DNA of 64,000 nucleotides from Macrostomum lignano (Eukaryota): NCBI GenBank assembly GCA_002269645.1, contig NIVC01001208.1, positions 1 to 64,000 of the forward strand, read 5' to 3'. Shown piece by piece: positions 49,177 to 64,000 of this stretch (position 1 is its first letter; each line of letters starts with the position of its first letter). The notes under the pieces were generated by a model. It saw only the letters and a program-made list of their open reading frames with translations, ran no database searches and was not told where the DNA came from. The position numbers and the translations under genes were made by a program.

Positions 49177-50035
49177 ATGAGGATGCCAACAGTCGTTATT
49201 TTGGTTGGCATGGCAACTGTCTTTAGCATAGTCGGAGCCATGCAACAGCAATTCGAAGACGGACCAGTAGAGGAGTCGGTGGACGATTTGAGCACAAATA
49301 TGCTCAGCGACGAGGTTCTGGAAAATGGAGTGGACGATTCCAGCATTGATGAAGTGAGATTATATATTATAGCCTAATTACAACACTTCTGACACGAAAG
49401 CACTTCTCAAAGCACCGATCACTTTTGATTCGCAAGCTCTTCTCAAAACACCGATCACTTTTGATTCGCAAGCTCTTCTCAAAACACCGATCACTTTTGA
49501 TTCGCAAGCTCCTCTCAAAACACCGATCACTTCTGATTCGCAAGCTCCTCTCAAAGCACCGATCACTTCTGATTCGCAAGCTCCTCTCAAAACACCGATC
49601 ACTTCTGATTCGCAAGCTCCTCTCAAAGCACCGATCACTTCTGATTCGCAAGCTCCTCTCAAAGCACCGATCACTTCTGATTCGCAAAGCTCCTCTCAAA
49701 GCACCGATCACTTTTGACACGCAAGCTCTTCTCAAAAACACCTCACTTCGGACTTTTGAATTGTCAAAAACCCTAAGATTCTTCCTAAACCTCAAAACCC
49801 TCTCCCACACTCGCAGGCGCTCGACCAGCGTACGAAATCGTCGCCCTGCTTTCGCCAGAGCATCTACAACAGAATCGCCAGCCCCGAGGCGAAGATGGCC
49901 TACAGGCGCACCTTCGGCCCGTGCCCGACCGCCGCCGCGCGGAATCCAAACTGCTTTCGAATACAGCAGTATTTGGGATTCAATAGATGGGCCGACAAGG
50001 CCGCTTATCGCAAAACGCACACGCAGTACTGCTAA
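49177..50035 (+). CDS. 131-aa secreted precursor: signal peptide, acidic propeptide and cationic tandem Cys-bounded peptide domain
   Basis: Exon 1 is 49177-49353 (59 codons, donor GAA|GTGAGA). Exon 2 is 49817-50035 (acceptor cactcgcag|, 72 codons + TAA). The join is phase 0 with no stops. This spliced product is absent from the ORF track. Confidence 0.8.
49390..49745. repeat. 36-bp minisatellite in the intron of the secreted precursor gene
   Basis: Unit GATCACTTCTGATTCGCAAGCTCCTCTCAAA(A/G)CACC. Confidence 0.95.
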
Positions 50036-50329
50036 GCAATTGATTTTTTAAACGTTCAAATGCGCCCTGTTTGGATCCAATTTCTGCGGTAAAAGTTTGA
50101 CAATTCAGCATTAGACTGTCTTCAGTACTCGTAAACACGCTATCAAACAGTTGTCGGGGTTTCGAACTCATTTACCAGACAATATACTGTATATAATACA
50201 AGCGTATTCGATACACACTATTCAAAATTAATCATATATATTTACCAAAAAATACACCACGATGGAGGCTAAAAATTGTCATTTTGGTTTTGGTCATCAC
50301 AAATAAAATCTGACTTTTGGGCCTTATAA

Positions 50330-51012
<683 letters not shown>

Positions 51013-51359
51013 AACCTTGGAGACCATAGTACGCATTCGGGTTCCTCATGATTTTGCAGATGATAAATCAATGTTCGGAATTTGATTATTTTATTTGGTT
51101 GAGCTACGAGTATTGGAGAAAAATGAGGCAAAATGCATGTACTTTTACATGAATGTGTTAGAAGTATATTTTACACATTCTTTTTCGTTGCAGTTGTAAG
51201 GTTACATGGTTGAGAAATTTTACATACCATATTTGCCAGTAATTTTTTGTATAATTTTAATTACCTTTATTTTTACGTATAGATTAAATCTTTCGCCAAA
51301 GGAATAATGCATGCAAAGCAATATACTACTCCTGTTTTTGGAGTCTGCATGTCATGAGG

Positions 51360-51890
51360 TTAGTTGTCTCCGAATTGCTTGTCTGATTCATCAACAATCT
51401 GGCACTGGTCTTCCGCAGTATCGGCGGTCGCCTTGGCAACCATGTCAATTTCGGCAGCCGTGACGCTAGCAGCGTCGCAACATTTCTGTTTTAACACCGC
51501 CGATGCGCTTGTTGCAGACTTCTGCTTTTGCAGGCGTTGCTTCTTTTGGAATTTGATTCGTTGCAACTGTTGCTGCTGCTGCTGCTTCAGTAGCCTGTCA
51601 TTTCGTCGCTGCACAATGCGACTCATGTCGATCATCTCGCAGTCTTTCTTCATATTAGCATTGGCAGCCGATTGCGCCTCTTTGCCGCTGACGTCCTTCT
51701 CGGCGTCGTTGCTGGAATTTCCGCTGCCGGAATTGTTGCCCGCCGGGTTGGGGTAGTGCGGAGGCGGCAGGTTCTCGGAGCAGCGGACGCTTTTCCGGTG
51801 TCGCGTCGCTAATAGAGTGACCAGCAGGGCTGCAGACAGCATGGATAGAATGGTCAGCGCGCCTGCTAGGGTTATGATGAGTGGCTCCAT
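51360..51890 (-). CDS. Orphan single-pass membrane protein (or terminal exon of one)
   Basis: ATG at 51890, 176 aa. N-terminal TM IITLAGALTILSMLSAALLVTLLA, basic stop-transfer RHRK, then a hydrophilic tail; GC-rich codons like neighbouring genes; candidate acceptor 11 nt upstream of the ATG. Confidence 0.6.
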   Translation of the reverse strand: MEPLIITLAGALTILSMLSAALLVTLLATRHRKSVRCSENLPPPHYPNPAGNNSGSGNSSNDAEKDVSGKEAQSAANANMKKDCEMIDMSRIVQRRNDRLLKQQQQQQLQRIKFQKKQRLQKQKSATSASAVLKQKCCDAASVTAAEIDMVAKATADTAEDQCQIVDESDKQFGDN

Positions 51891-52139
51891 AAGGACAGCG
51901 GCTATAGCAGAGTTGGGTAAAATTGGTTTCAATTGCCGCCGCTTTAGAAATATTATATCTATGTTTTTTATTTGCGTAACGTTTTGGCCAAAGACAAACA
52001 ACAACAACAACAGCAAAGTACGCAGCCCCGAATGCAAGGAGGTCACAGTGAGAGCAGTGAGCGCGCGATCAGATGGCGCGCCGCAGAGCCTGAGAGCGGA
52101 CAAATTCCGCCCCGTTGGCAGGTTGGGGGCAGTAGCCCT

Positions 52140-52740
52140 CGGCCCGGATCACGTGGCCCGCCAGTTGTAGTCGCCGCCGGCGCAGGATGGTGGACGGGCG
52201 CTGCAGCTTGGCCCGATCGTACAGGGCCTCGGTCCCGACGCTCTCGTCAGCTCGAAAGGCCGCACGGAGCAGCCCTTGAGTGCGCCGAGTCCAGCTGCCG
52301 CTTTGGTGTAGCCGTCAGCGTCCACGTCTCGGCGTTGTAGAGCAGGACGGTTTCGACCACCGCCTGCCACAGCCGAGCCCTCTGGACGGTCGGGCAGCGC
52401 TTCGGACTGGAGGGCGGCTCGGATCGAACGAAAGGCCGCCCAGGCAAGTCCCCTGCGCCGCCGGAGGTCCTCTTCCACGTGGGGCACCAGACCGCCGAGG
52501 TAGGTGAGCCGCTGGCAGCGTGCGAGCGTGGTCGTCTGCCAGTCTTCGCCGCGGCACGTCAGGTCCACTGGGATGTCTGCCGGCACAGTCTGCACCTCGG
52601 TCTTCAGCGTGTTGACAACCAGACCAATGCTCGATGCCACCTCGACCAGCCCGTCGATCTGGCGCTGGGAGCCTTCAACCAGACGAGGACAGGAGAGCAA
52701 GGTCGTCGGCGTAACCAAGCACGCTCAGGCGCTTTTTGCT
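52140..52740 (-). mobile_element. Non-LTR retrotransposon (RTE-like) RT C-terminal fragment, frameshifted
   Basis: GLVVNTLKTEV, LTYLGG, EEDLRRRRGLAWAAF and LWQAVVETVLLYNAETWTLT are split across frames. Confidence 0.85.
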
Positions 52741-53064
52741 GTGGCAACGACCGATGCGTCTGCGCAGTAGGAAGCTGTCGACAGCCGAGGGGAGTGCGGT
52801 CTGAAGCACCCAGTTAAAGTGACCAAAGACAATATCTGTATTTAAGCGCAGTTTCAGGTCTCTTTCTTTTAGTACTTCATTCCCAATGCAATGTATAACT
52901 CATCATCTTGACTGCGGATTTACAAACGGAGCAGTTATGCGTATTTTTTAAGTCTTTTATTTAATTCTGATGGCATATGAAAATGGCATCTAGTGGATAC
53001 TACGTTTTTTCGTGATTCTACGAAGTTTAAATCGGTCAAGGCGTTCCATGCTTCATGTTCTATG

Positions 53065-53225
53065 GCGTGCCTGCGGTGCTAAAATGAGTGCCTGCGGCGG
53101 CAAAATGAGTTCCTGCGGCGCCAAAATAAGTGCTTACAACACCGATTCTGAAAATTATGTACATGTACATGTAAAATTCTTGGCTTTGTCCCCCTAACCA
53201 TAAAATCGATGGCGACGCCCCTGAC
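53065..53225. mobile_element. Dispersed repeat homologous to 43780-43935, with only ~3 minisatellite units
   Basis: Shared ATGAGTGCCTGCGGCG units followed by ATGTACATGTA...AATTCTTGGCTT.GTCCCC...CCATAAAATC...GGCGAC. Confidence 0.7.
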
Positions 53226-53707
53226 TATAGTGTAGTATAAACACGAACCTACTTTAACGAAATGAAACATCTTTTTAGGTAGGACATATATTATTTCTAG
53301 CTTGTTTACCTTTTTTCTGCAGAAATGTATATTTGAAGCATTTTTATAAAAATTTATTACATAAAGATGAACGTAGAGATCAGTACGCTCGTATACATAG
53401 ATAATATCGCGCCCGAAACCATGCATGACATGCTGATGTGTGCACCTGTTGCAACTTCTATGATTGAAGTGCACACATACCTACCTGTATAAGCGCATGC
53501 AAAAATTGTAGTATCTAAATTTGTTACTTCTTGTTCATGAATTTAAGCATAATTTGTTCAGAAGAAAAGTGACTCCGTATACTTTCTCTCTAGAGTCCTA
53601 CCTAGTGCCTAGGGAGACGCACTACCTGCCTAAGTGTTTGTCTTGGTATCTTCTGCCGTGTACCCACCAACAAGCTCTAAATCACAGTGCAACTTCTGGG
53701 CAAGTCC

Positions 53708-56926
<3,219 letters not shown>

Positions 56927-57829
56927 GGATACTGTTAAACGAGCGCAACTAAGAAAATCAAAGCACGGAAGTTTTTACTCTCGTATTTCTCTGATTCTCT
57001 AAAACGGGCAGCAACAAGCTAGTCTTCTCTATCGGGCTTCTCTTGTGTTTTTTAGCGTTTTGCATTTCTGTGTTGGCAGCAGATGTTGCCACGTATGGGT
57101 TAGTGGGTTTAAGAACTGGGCCGGCTTTCTTAACCTCAGCTAGTGGATTAGCGCGTAATACCTTCTGTAATGTACGTGCAGAGTTTACAGCGTACGTATT
57201 CATATGACTCACTGGGAGGCATTCTGATCCTTTAGATTCTTAATATCTGAAGTTGCTATATACATGAGCCATATTGTAGAGGTGCCATCTTTGAGGGGGG
57301 CTCCATCACGTGGGCGCCAACACAAGGGGTTTGGCCCCCTAAACTAGACCAACCCGCTGCGTACGACCCTGCTGACAGTACATATATAATACTTTAAATA
57401 TGAAACATCACGCGTGGAAAAAAGCAAGAGACAAAACTTAAAAAATTGCTCACTTGAAGATAAAAAATCACGGCTATCCAAAATACTGTTTGGAAGTGTA
57501 ATTACCACTTCTAGAACAAAAAGCTGATGCAAGCTTGTACAAGCTAGTTTAATTACATTAATTTATATGCATGTACATTTTTATGAAAGAGAGCTATAAC
57601 AACCAATTTTAAATTGGAAATACTATACTGTGATCATGCCACATGTAGCAATAGGTTTCTTTTCATCGCAGAACGTTGAGAGGCATTGTGAGGGGATTGC
57701 TAAGGCCACTGCCCCGGTGACATTTGAGACACTCCAGTGGAACAATAAATTAAGTCTTGTTGTCAGTACCTCCAGACAAGCAAAACTTGGTAAAAAACAC
57801 GAAACGTTTCAACTTTAATCAGCAATGTA

Positions 57830-58432
57830 TACTCAGCAACAGCTAAACCCCCCCCCCAACTCACGCTGTCACACGGCCCAAAAGTTTTGTGCCGACTCAC
57901 AAGGTGTTTCACTGCACGCCTGGGCTGGCATCGCACTGAATGGCAAAACAGAGCTTGTCATTCTGGAGCAGAATGTAACTGGGCAGACCTATGCAGAGCT
58001 GCTACAGCAGCAGTTTCTACCATTTGCTACGAAAACCTTTGGCGGCCCGCAGAACTGCATTCTTCAAGACGACAACGCTGCGCCACATCGAGCAGCACAC
58101 GAGCAGCTGCTGAAGGAGCAGCTCGGCATTCGCACATTGAACTGGCCGTCAAAGTCTCCAGACATGAACCCCATCGAGCATGTCTGGGACTTTGTAAAGC
58201 GAAGAGTTCAGCAGGATGCCCCACAGAATGCTGAACAGTTGCGACTGGCGGTGCAGCTGCCCCAAGAGTTCATCAACCGGCTGGTGATCAGGATGCCACG
58301 ACGAGTCACGGCACTTTTGCATGCTCGTGGTTCCTACACACGATCCTGAGACTAGAATTAAAGACATTGCTTAACTTTTGTGCCCGTGTGACAGCGTGAG
58401 TTGGGGGGGGGGGGTTTAGCTGTTGCTGAGTA
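57830..58432 (+). mobile_element. Internally deleted Tc1-family (DD34E) transposon
   Basis: ~55-bp TIRs TACTCAGCAACAGCTAAAC(n)AACTCACGCTGTCACACGG with TA at 57828-57829 and 58433-58434. The interior encodes LQDDNAAPH-x-WPSKSPDMNPIEHVW with 34 residues between D and E. Confidence 0.95.
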
Positions 58433-58789
58433 TAGTATCCATTGGCGAAGGCGAGTGGCGATCCTGGTCAAGTTTCGGCTGGGCAGCTGATCTTAGTGCG
58501 TTCTTCAGCAAGAGGTGTCGCGTTCTTTGGTGCATGTATGCTAATGGAGTGGTTAACTCTATTATCGATTTTTATTACTAGCCTATAACCATCCCTCTCC
58601 GTCAGTCTTTTCCTATACGTACGCACTTGTGAGGGCGGCTACGTACTTGTAGACTGCCCAGCTAGACATAGCAAATATATATATTTGAGTCAGGAGGCCA
58701 CTGGCCCGAGCACCTTGCTCTTTCTTAGTTGTTTGAACGACAGAATCTCAGAGTCTCAGAGTATAATTGTTATTTTTACAACAAGAGGA

Positions 58790-59560
58790 GCAGAAATCGG
58801 CCACGTACAGGTTCAGACCGAGACTGTAGGGGCTCTGCCAAATCTCGGTGGACATTGCGCTCTTGCAGGAAATCCCCAAAGAGTCCTACAACATGCGGTC
58901 GAGCATTGTTCATTTGCAATCTGATCTCGCTCAGTCGGACTGGGCTGGGGGTAGCTCACCATCTGCTGGGCATCCACGTACACCGTCTCTCCCTGAGGCA
59001 ATGCAGTCACACTGAGAATCGCTTGTTGGCTGTGAACGTGACCATCAGCAGGGACTTCCGTTTCGTCACGGCATTCGGGCGCACAACCTGCTTCCGGGGG
59101 TATATACCCTGTCAAGCCAAGTCCTGTTTGTCAGTCTTGGTTCCATCAGCATCCCAAGGACATCCATGTCTCGTCTTGCACAGCGTACAGAATATACCTT
59201 TCATAGCTCCCGATCCTTCATCCTTAGCAAAACCCATCGCAATTGTGTGCACAGTTGACTCGCATCTGTCTCTGCCCATCCGTGAAGTTGTGGGTTACCC
59301 ACACATTGAGCACATCCACCTCAGCTCATTGCCAGCTCACCCGTCCAGCTTGAGCGATCCTTGGCCGGCGCGGCCAGGTCGATCATCATCGCCGAGCACT
59401 TCCCGGGTCCCATTATTGCTGCTTTTATCCAGCGCTGTATGGTTTTCAGGGATGGAACAGCATCGACCCCAAGCAGCTACCAGATCTTGGTGGACTTCGG
59501 TAGCTGATTTACAGATATTTTGGCGAAATGCGTATTGTCAGGCTCCATGCTTCTTGACTG
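58790..59560 (-). mobile_element. Degenerate mariner-family transposase remnant
   Basis: Minus strand, across frameshifts: SATEVHQDL, PSLKTIQRWIK, GREVLGDDDRPGR, and NNARPHV (degenerate DNARPH). Confidence 0.7.
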
Positions 59561-61726
59561 CACTTTTCCTAGACTCTTTACCTGTCCATAGACAATTTGG
59601 TTTTAAGCCTGACTCTATGTGAAGTTAGTTTTACTTGAAGCAAGCTACTAATTTTTAGCAAGTTTTTATGTGTCCATTTTTATTTAAGTGAAAAATGATA
59701 AAATAAATATGTAATAGCTATTTTTATTTTAGCAGTGTTATAAAGCTTAAACAACAACACTTTTGTTCCACCAGAAGAAGTAGTATTGCTTGCAATTAAT
59801 CCAATTATGACGTACTATGTACATATCTGCAATGAGGGAGCCAACACATTGAAGGCTAGAGAGTCAAGTACATGCATGTATAAAAGCTGATGATGTTATT
59901 TAATTTGCTTATACATTAATTTGCACATGTGATATGCGTTACCCTTTGATAAAATCTCGCTTGTGGCTTCAAAATTTGCATAAAAAATGCTGCGATCAGT
60001 ACATGTTCGGTACAGTGTGGACTCTTGCACCTATGGCAAAAATAGTACCGTACATGTTAGCATTTTGTATGAAGAGGAAATGTTACTCGTAGCACTAGCA
60101 TGATGGCTGGTTTTGAAACACCGGGCCACGACATCTTCAGTGTACATGATAAATTCCTGTAAAAATAGACGGCAGACATAGAAAAAATCTTTTCTGCAAC
60201 GCAAATCAATAATTTGCTTTTGATCTGGGGCAATGCAGATATGATCGACCATTTCTTTTAATTTTGCAGTTGTGTTTGGTGAAAGTAAAAGTGAAAGTTT
60301 CATTTTCATAATGTTTCTGATACATGTATACATCATGCAATCCTTGTTGAAATACTTTATTTGGTTACGACTTCGGACTAGTTTGCTATATAATTTGGTA
60401 ACATTATAATTAGCTCATGCACTCATTCTTATTCTTAAAGCAAACCAGCTGTATTGGCCTAATGATTCTGACAATGTGCATCCAAAATGGTGATTAAAAA
60501 GTGATATTTATTTACTTTGAAGGTTTAAAATTAAAACCCAATCTCTATAACTGACTTAGCTGAAAGTTAAAAACTAAAAAGCCAGTAGCCCTAGCATATA
60601 ATTTTTTTAACCATAAAAACATTTTACTAAATTTCAGTGCGAATTCTGAAATAACGTGGAGCTTGCTGCACAGAAGTAATCTAGATTGAAGTTATATGTT
60701 GACAACATGTAGCTACATTTAGACAGTATTTAAAGCAGTTAGCAGTCTCTACCGGTCTCCATCCATCCCTGTCTTCTTTACTCTCTGTCTTCTCCTTGTC
60801 TTCCTGTCTCCCTCGATCTCTTCCCGTGACTTAGCATCGCCGGTACGTAAGAAAAAGCAATCAGCTAAACAAATAAAAGCAGACGCGCAACTTTTAAAAC
60901 TTTTTGCACACCTTTTGTTAAACTGAAAACGACTGTAAAATATATATAATACGGAAAATATTTCATTTTACGATTTGGCTAATCTTGTTTACATATTTTA
61001 ATTGTCACAGCATTGTCAACTAGCGCGTCCTGATGATCCGTATAGACAGTTTGTCAAAGTATTTGTTTCGTTAAGTGTCCATAGTCAATTTATTTAGTTG
61101 ACAAAGTAACCTGTAGAATTTTATTATGAAACTTAATGACGTATAATTCAATACATTCATTATCATTTTTTAAATGTTTAAATAAGACTAAATAGGCCTA
61201 AGTTATGCATCTGTACTCATGCTTGTTACGTTTCCGTGTAGTAAATAAAAATAAATTCTTAAATACTGATAGTGATAGGGTGCGCATTGATCTTGTCTAT
61301 TGCATTTTCATCTGTTAGTACAAAACAACTTTTCTCTGGCATAGCCTATCATTCAGATACATAGGCCTAGGCCTATCCCAATTTTGTGAAATAAATCAAA
61401 CAAATATAAATATTGGAGTAATTTATTTGTCTAATCTGAATAAGGGGTTTGTATAATTGTATAAGTGGCATGCTATATAAAAATTATAAGTAGGCCCTAG
61501 ACTTAGACTAGTTAATGAAGACAAAGTCTTTTCGCCCCAGTGAGCTTTGGGGTTGGAATTTTATAATACCTAGTGTTGTATCGATTATTTAAAGACTTTC
61601 AAGGCATTATTAACGCTGATGCTCCTAATATTTTGCGTCGTGTCATACATAAAGTTAGCCTAATAGATAAAGTAGGGCGAGAGTTGTAAAATGTCTCTAA
61701 CGTCAAATGATTTATAGGAAGGGAAT

Positions 61727-62503
61727 TAGGGATGTCGATTCCCCAGGGAATTATCTTATCGGGGACCCCGGTGAAAGAAAAAATAAGTAAAAACGGCGGA
61801 GCACTTAAATTGTAAGTGGAATTTTTTAAACTTTGATTTAAGCTTTGTACTACATGTTCAAGGCGCAGGGGTAAAAATTTTAAACAATGTTTTTTAAACT
61901 GTATTTGACAATGTGGCATCACGAAATCGTGCGCGCACCTTTATCGGAAAAGTGCATTTGTTGGAATGCATGCTAAACAGCTACGCTCGTGAGAGGATAA
62001 TTAATGAATGAGACTGTTTTTATAATCGGAATTTTATTTCTTGCATATATATGTAAATCACCATTTTGTCCTTGTCTAATAGGGAGTATATGTATGACAC
62101 CCCCCTATGCGTCAGTGCCTGACGCATGACGCAGCGCTGCGCCTGCGTCAAGCCGTCAACGCAGACCAACACAGCAGTCACTAGTCAGTAAGGCTTCTTT
62201 TTCCTGACGGGTTTCTTTTCTACGTGCAATTTGCTTGATTGAATGACTTATTAGTGAAAAAACAATCAAACGTGTGTTGTGTTTCAAATACATGTAATGC
62301 ATTGAAATAAGCAATTATGCGGTAAAAGAGCATAGACAGAGTTTCAATCAGCTTTCTGTGAATCAGTTTCTTATTTTAATGGCAAAAATTAAGTTACAAA
62401 TGCATTTTTTCATATTTTTTCTCCCCAGGGTCCCCGGTTAAATTCCCCGGAGAGTATTCCCCGACAAGCTCCCCGGGGAGCACTCCCGGGGTCAACATCC
62501 CTA
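61727..62503. mobile_element. hAT-type non-autonomous element (MITE)
   Basis: Termini TAGGGATGTCGA and TCAACATCCCTA; 8-bp TSD GAAGGGAA at 61718-61725 and 62504-62511 (one extra T at 61726); subterminal CCCC/GGGG motif arrays at both ends. Confidence 0.8.
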
Positions 62504-64000
62504 GAAGGGAAACTACGAGCATAAGTTCTGCAACACATATACAAGTAGCTAAGCATTAATAGACGCACTGCACCGATAAAATGTAATGGAATTGCTCGAA
62601 TCACCGACACCAAGACCCATAAAACTGGAGAAACTGGCAGGATATAGTAGATACATGTAGGTCAGAATCAGAAGTGATCATGGGTGGGTGGGTCAAGTGA
62701 TCATGGGTTCGACCTCGATTGTATTATTCCTTCTTAATCTTATGCAATTAATTGTAAATTAGGTATGAAGTAACAGTAATTATCCTTGACCATGCTAGAG
62801 TAAAGACAAGTCAAAGTCAAGTTAATAAAAATAGACACACAGTGTAACAATAACAATGGTTTTTAGAGCCATTTTTCTTGTCTGTGTTTGTCTTTGTACA
62901 TACATGTACATTTGGGAAGACTTATCTGGACCCAATCCCTTCTTATTCTACATGTACGCTGTTTTGGGTATGGGGGTTAGAGTTGGGCCGTCTGACACCC
63001 CCCTCCCCCCCCCCTACCATAGTGGACTGGAGAGAAAGAAGCACATGCTATCGCTATTGGCTAGCCTGTCGTTCTCTTTCTCTTTACCTTCTGTCTTGTG
63101 TAGCGTACACTATCCAATGCACAAGGCCCAACTTTCCACTAAAGGAAGGTTCATATAGTCCGCCCATGGGCTTCCTCTTGCTTTCGCGTACACTCAAGGC
63201 CACTCACTCTCAACACCAGCCACTAGAGGCTTGTTTTAAATAATCGATCGATAATATTAAATGTACACTTGAAAGCTTGCTTTGGATCCTAGCAGAAGGG
63301 GGAGAAAGTGGCCAAGGCCACCACACCCCACAAGGCAGGCAGGCCGGCCCGAGTGCGATAACGAATGACAAAAAAATAGAAAAGTACAATTTACACATCA
63401 ACTTTCAATACAATAAATACAATAATAGGTACGGTATTAATGACAGTGTATTTTCGCACAAAGTAGCTACGTTCAAACCACCAGCACGTAAACAGCTAAA
63501 ATTTCACTGTTTATGAAATTTTATAAAATTTAACACATCATTTTAGATATTGAAAACTTTTAAAGGAGGGTATTACTGTTGTATGTGACTATAAAATCGT
63601 GGTAGGTATAGCTGATGATGAAACTGGTGATTGGTATCTAGCTTTTTTGATAACTTAGCCGGTTAGACCCCGAAATAGCTATTGTAATTTGTAACGCTGG
63701 AGCCAAATACAAATACAATGGAGCAATTAGTTTCTCTCAAATCTGTCTCTGCCAGTGCCAGTTTAGTCCATACTCCATAGTAAGTAACCAAAGTAAAATA
63801 CCCATTAGTGGTCCCGTTTCTAATGTTTATAAATATTAAGCTTCAGTTTACTTTTGGCACAGTATGCAATTTTGAAAATTCACCCTAATAACGGTTTGCA
63901 CCAGCAGGAAAGCAACTATTTTGTTGTTGGAAATCGGATTAAGCAGTCAAAAGAGTGTATTTCTATGAAAAAAGGTACTTTTTTCCATTTTTCAAATATT

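Noticed and set aside
49425-50051. 208-aa plus-strand ORF through the 36-bp array
   Set aside because: Repeat-derived and in a different frame from the spliced secreted precursor.
56958-57212. 84-aa ORF upstream of SUMF2 with faint resemblance to a ribosomal protein L4 tail
   Set aside because: It begins with GTGAGT (a splice donor), and an acceptor tttaacag lies 5 nt before the SUMF2 ATG, so it is best read as a 5'UTR intron.
58729-59622. 297-aa ORF listed on the minus strand
   Set aside because: The listed peptide actually matches the plus strand from 58729 and is the antisense reading of a decayed mariner transposase; it is not a gene.
63608-63630. CTGATGA...GAAA hammerhead-like core
   Set aside because: No stem II between the motifs and no flanking helices.

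Overview
Eukaryotic, intron-rich genomic DNA from an invertebrate. GC-rich exons, a minisatellite in most introns and long GATA/GACA tracts resemble a Macrostomum-like flatworm (inference only). Exons were reconstructed by hand from splice signals and recalled protein homology. Minus-strand genes: exportin-T (3' end off-window, several 1-nt frameshifts), a CD20/MS4A-like 4-TM protein, Rab32/38, FBXO28, an orphan single-pass membrane ORF and SUMF2. Plus-strand genes: a ZDHHC9/14/18-type palmitoyltransferase, a long coiled-coil protein and a 131-aa secreted precursor. The rest is about 30 tandem arrays, tRNA-derived CORE-like SINEs, non-LTR RT fragments, Tc1/mariner remnants and MITEs. Highlights: (1) an unannotated secreted precursor with a signal peptide, an acidic propeptide and a cationic domain of two CFR-x12-KxAYR-[RK]-T-x3/4-C modules; (2) two AT-AC-type (U12) introns in neighbouring genes; (3) an ATG-less Rab32/38 exon close behind FBXO28, which fits an operon with an SL-donated AUG; (4) minisatellites seeded inside mobile elements; (5) CpG decay in one SINE copy. 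Most long ORFs in the supplied track are translations of tandem repeats.
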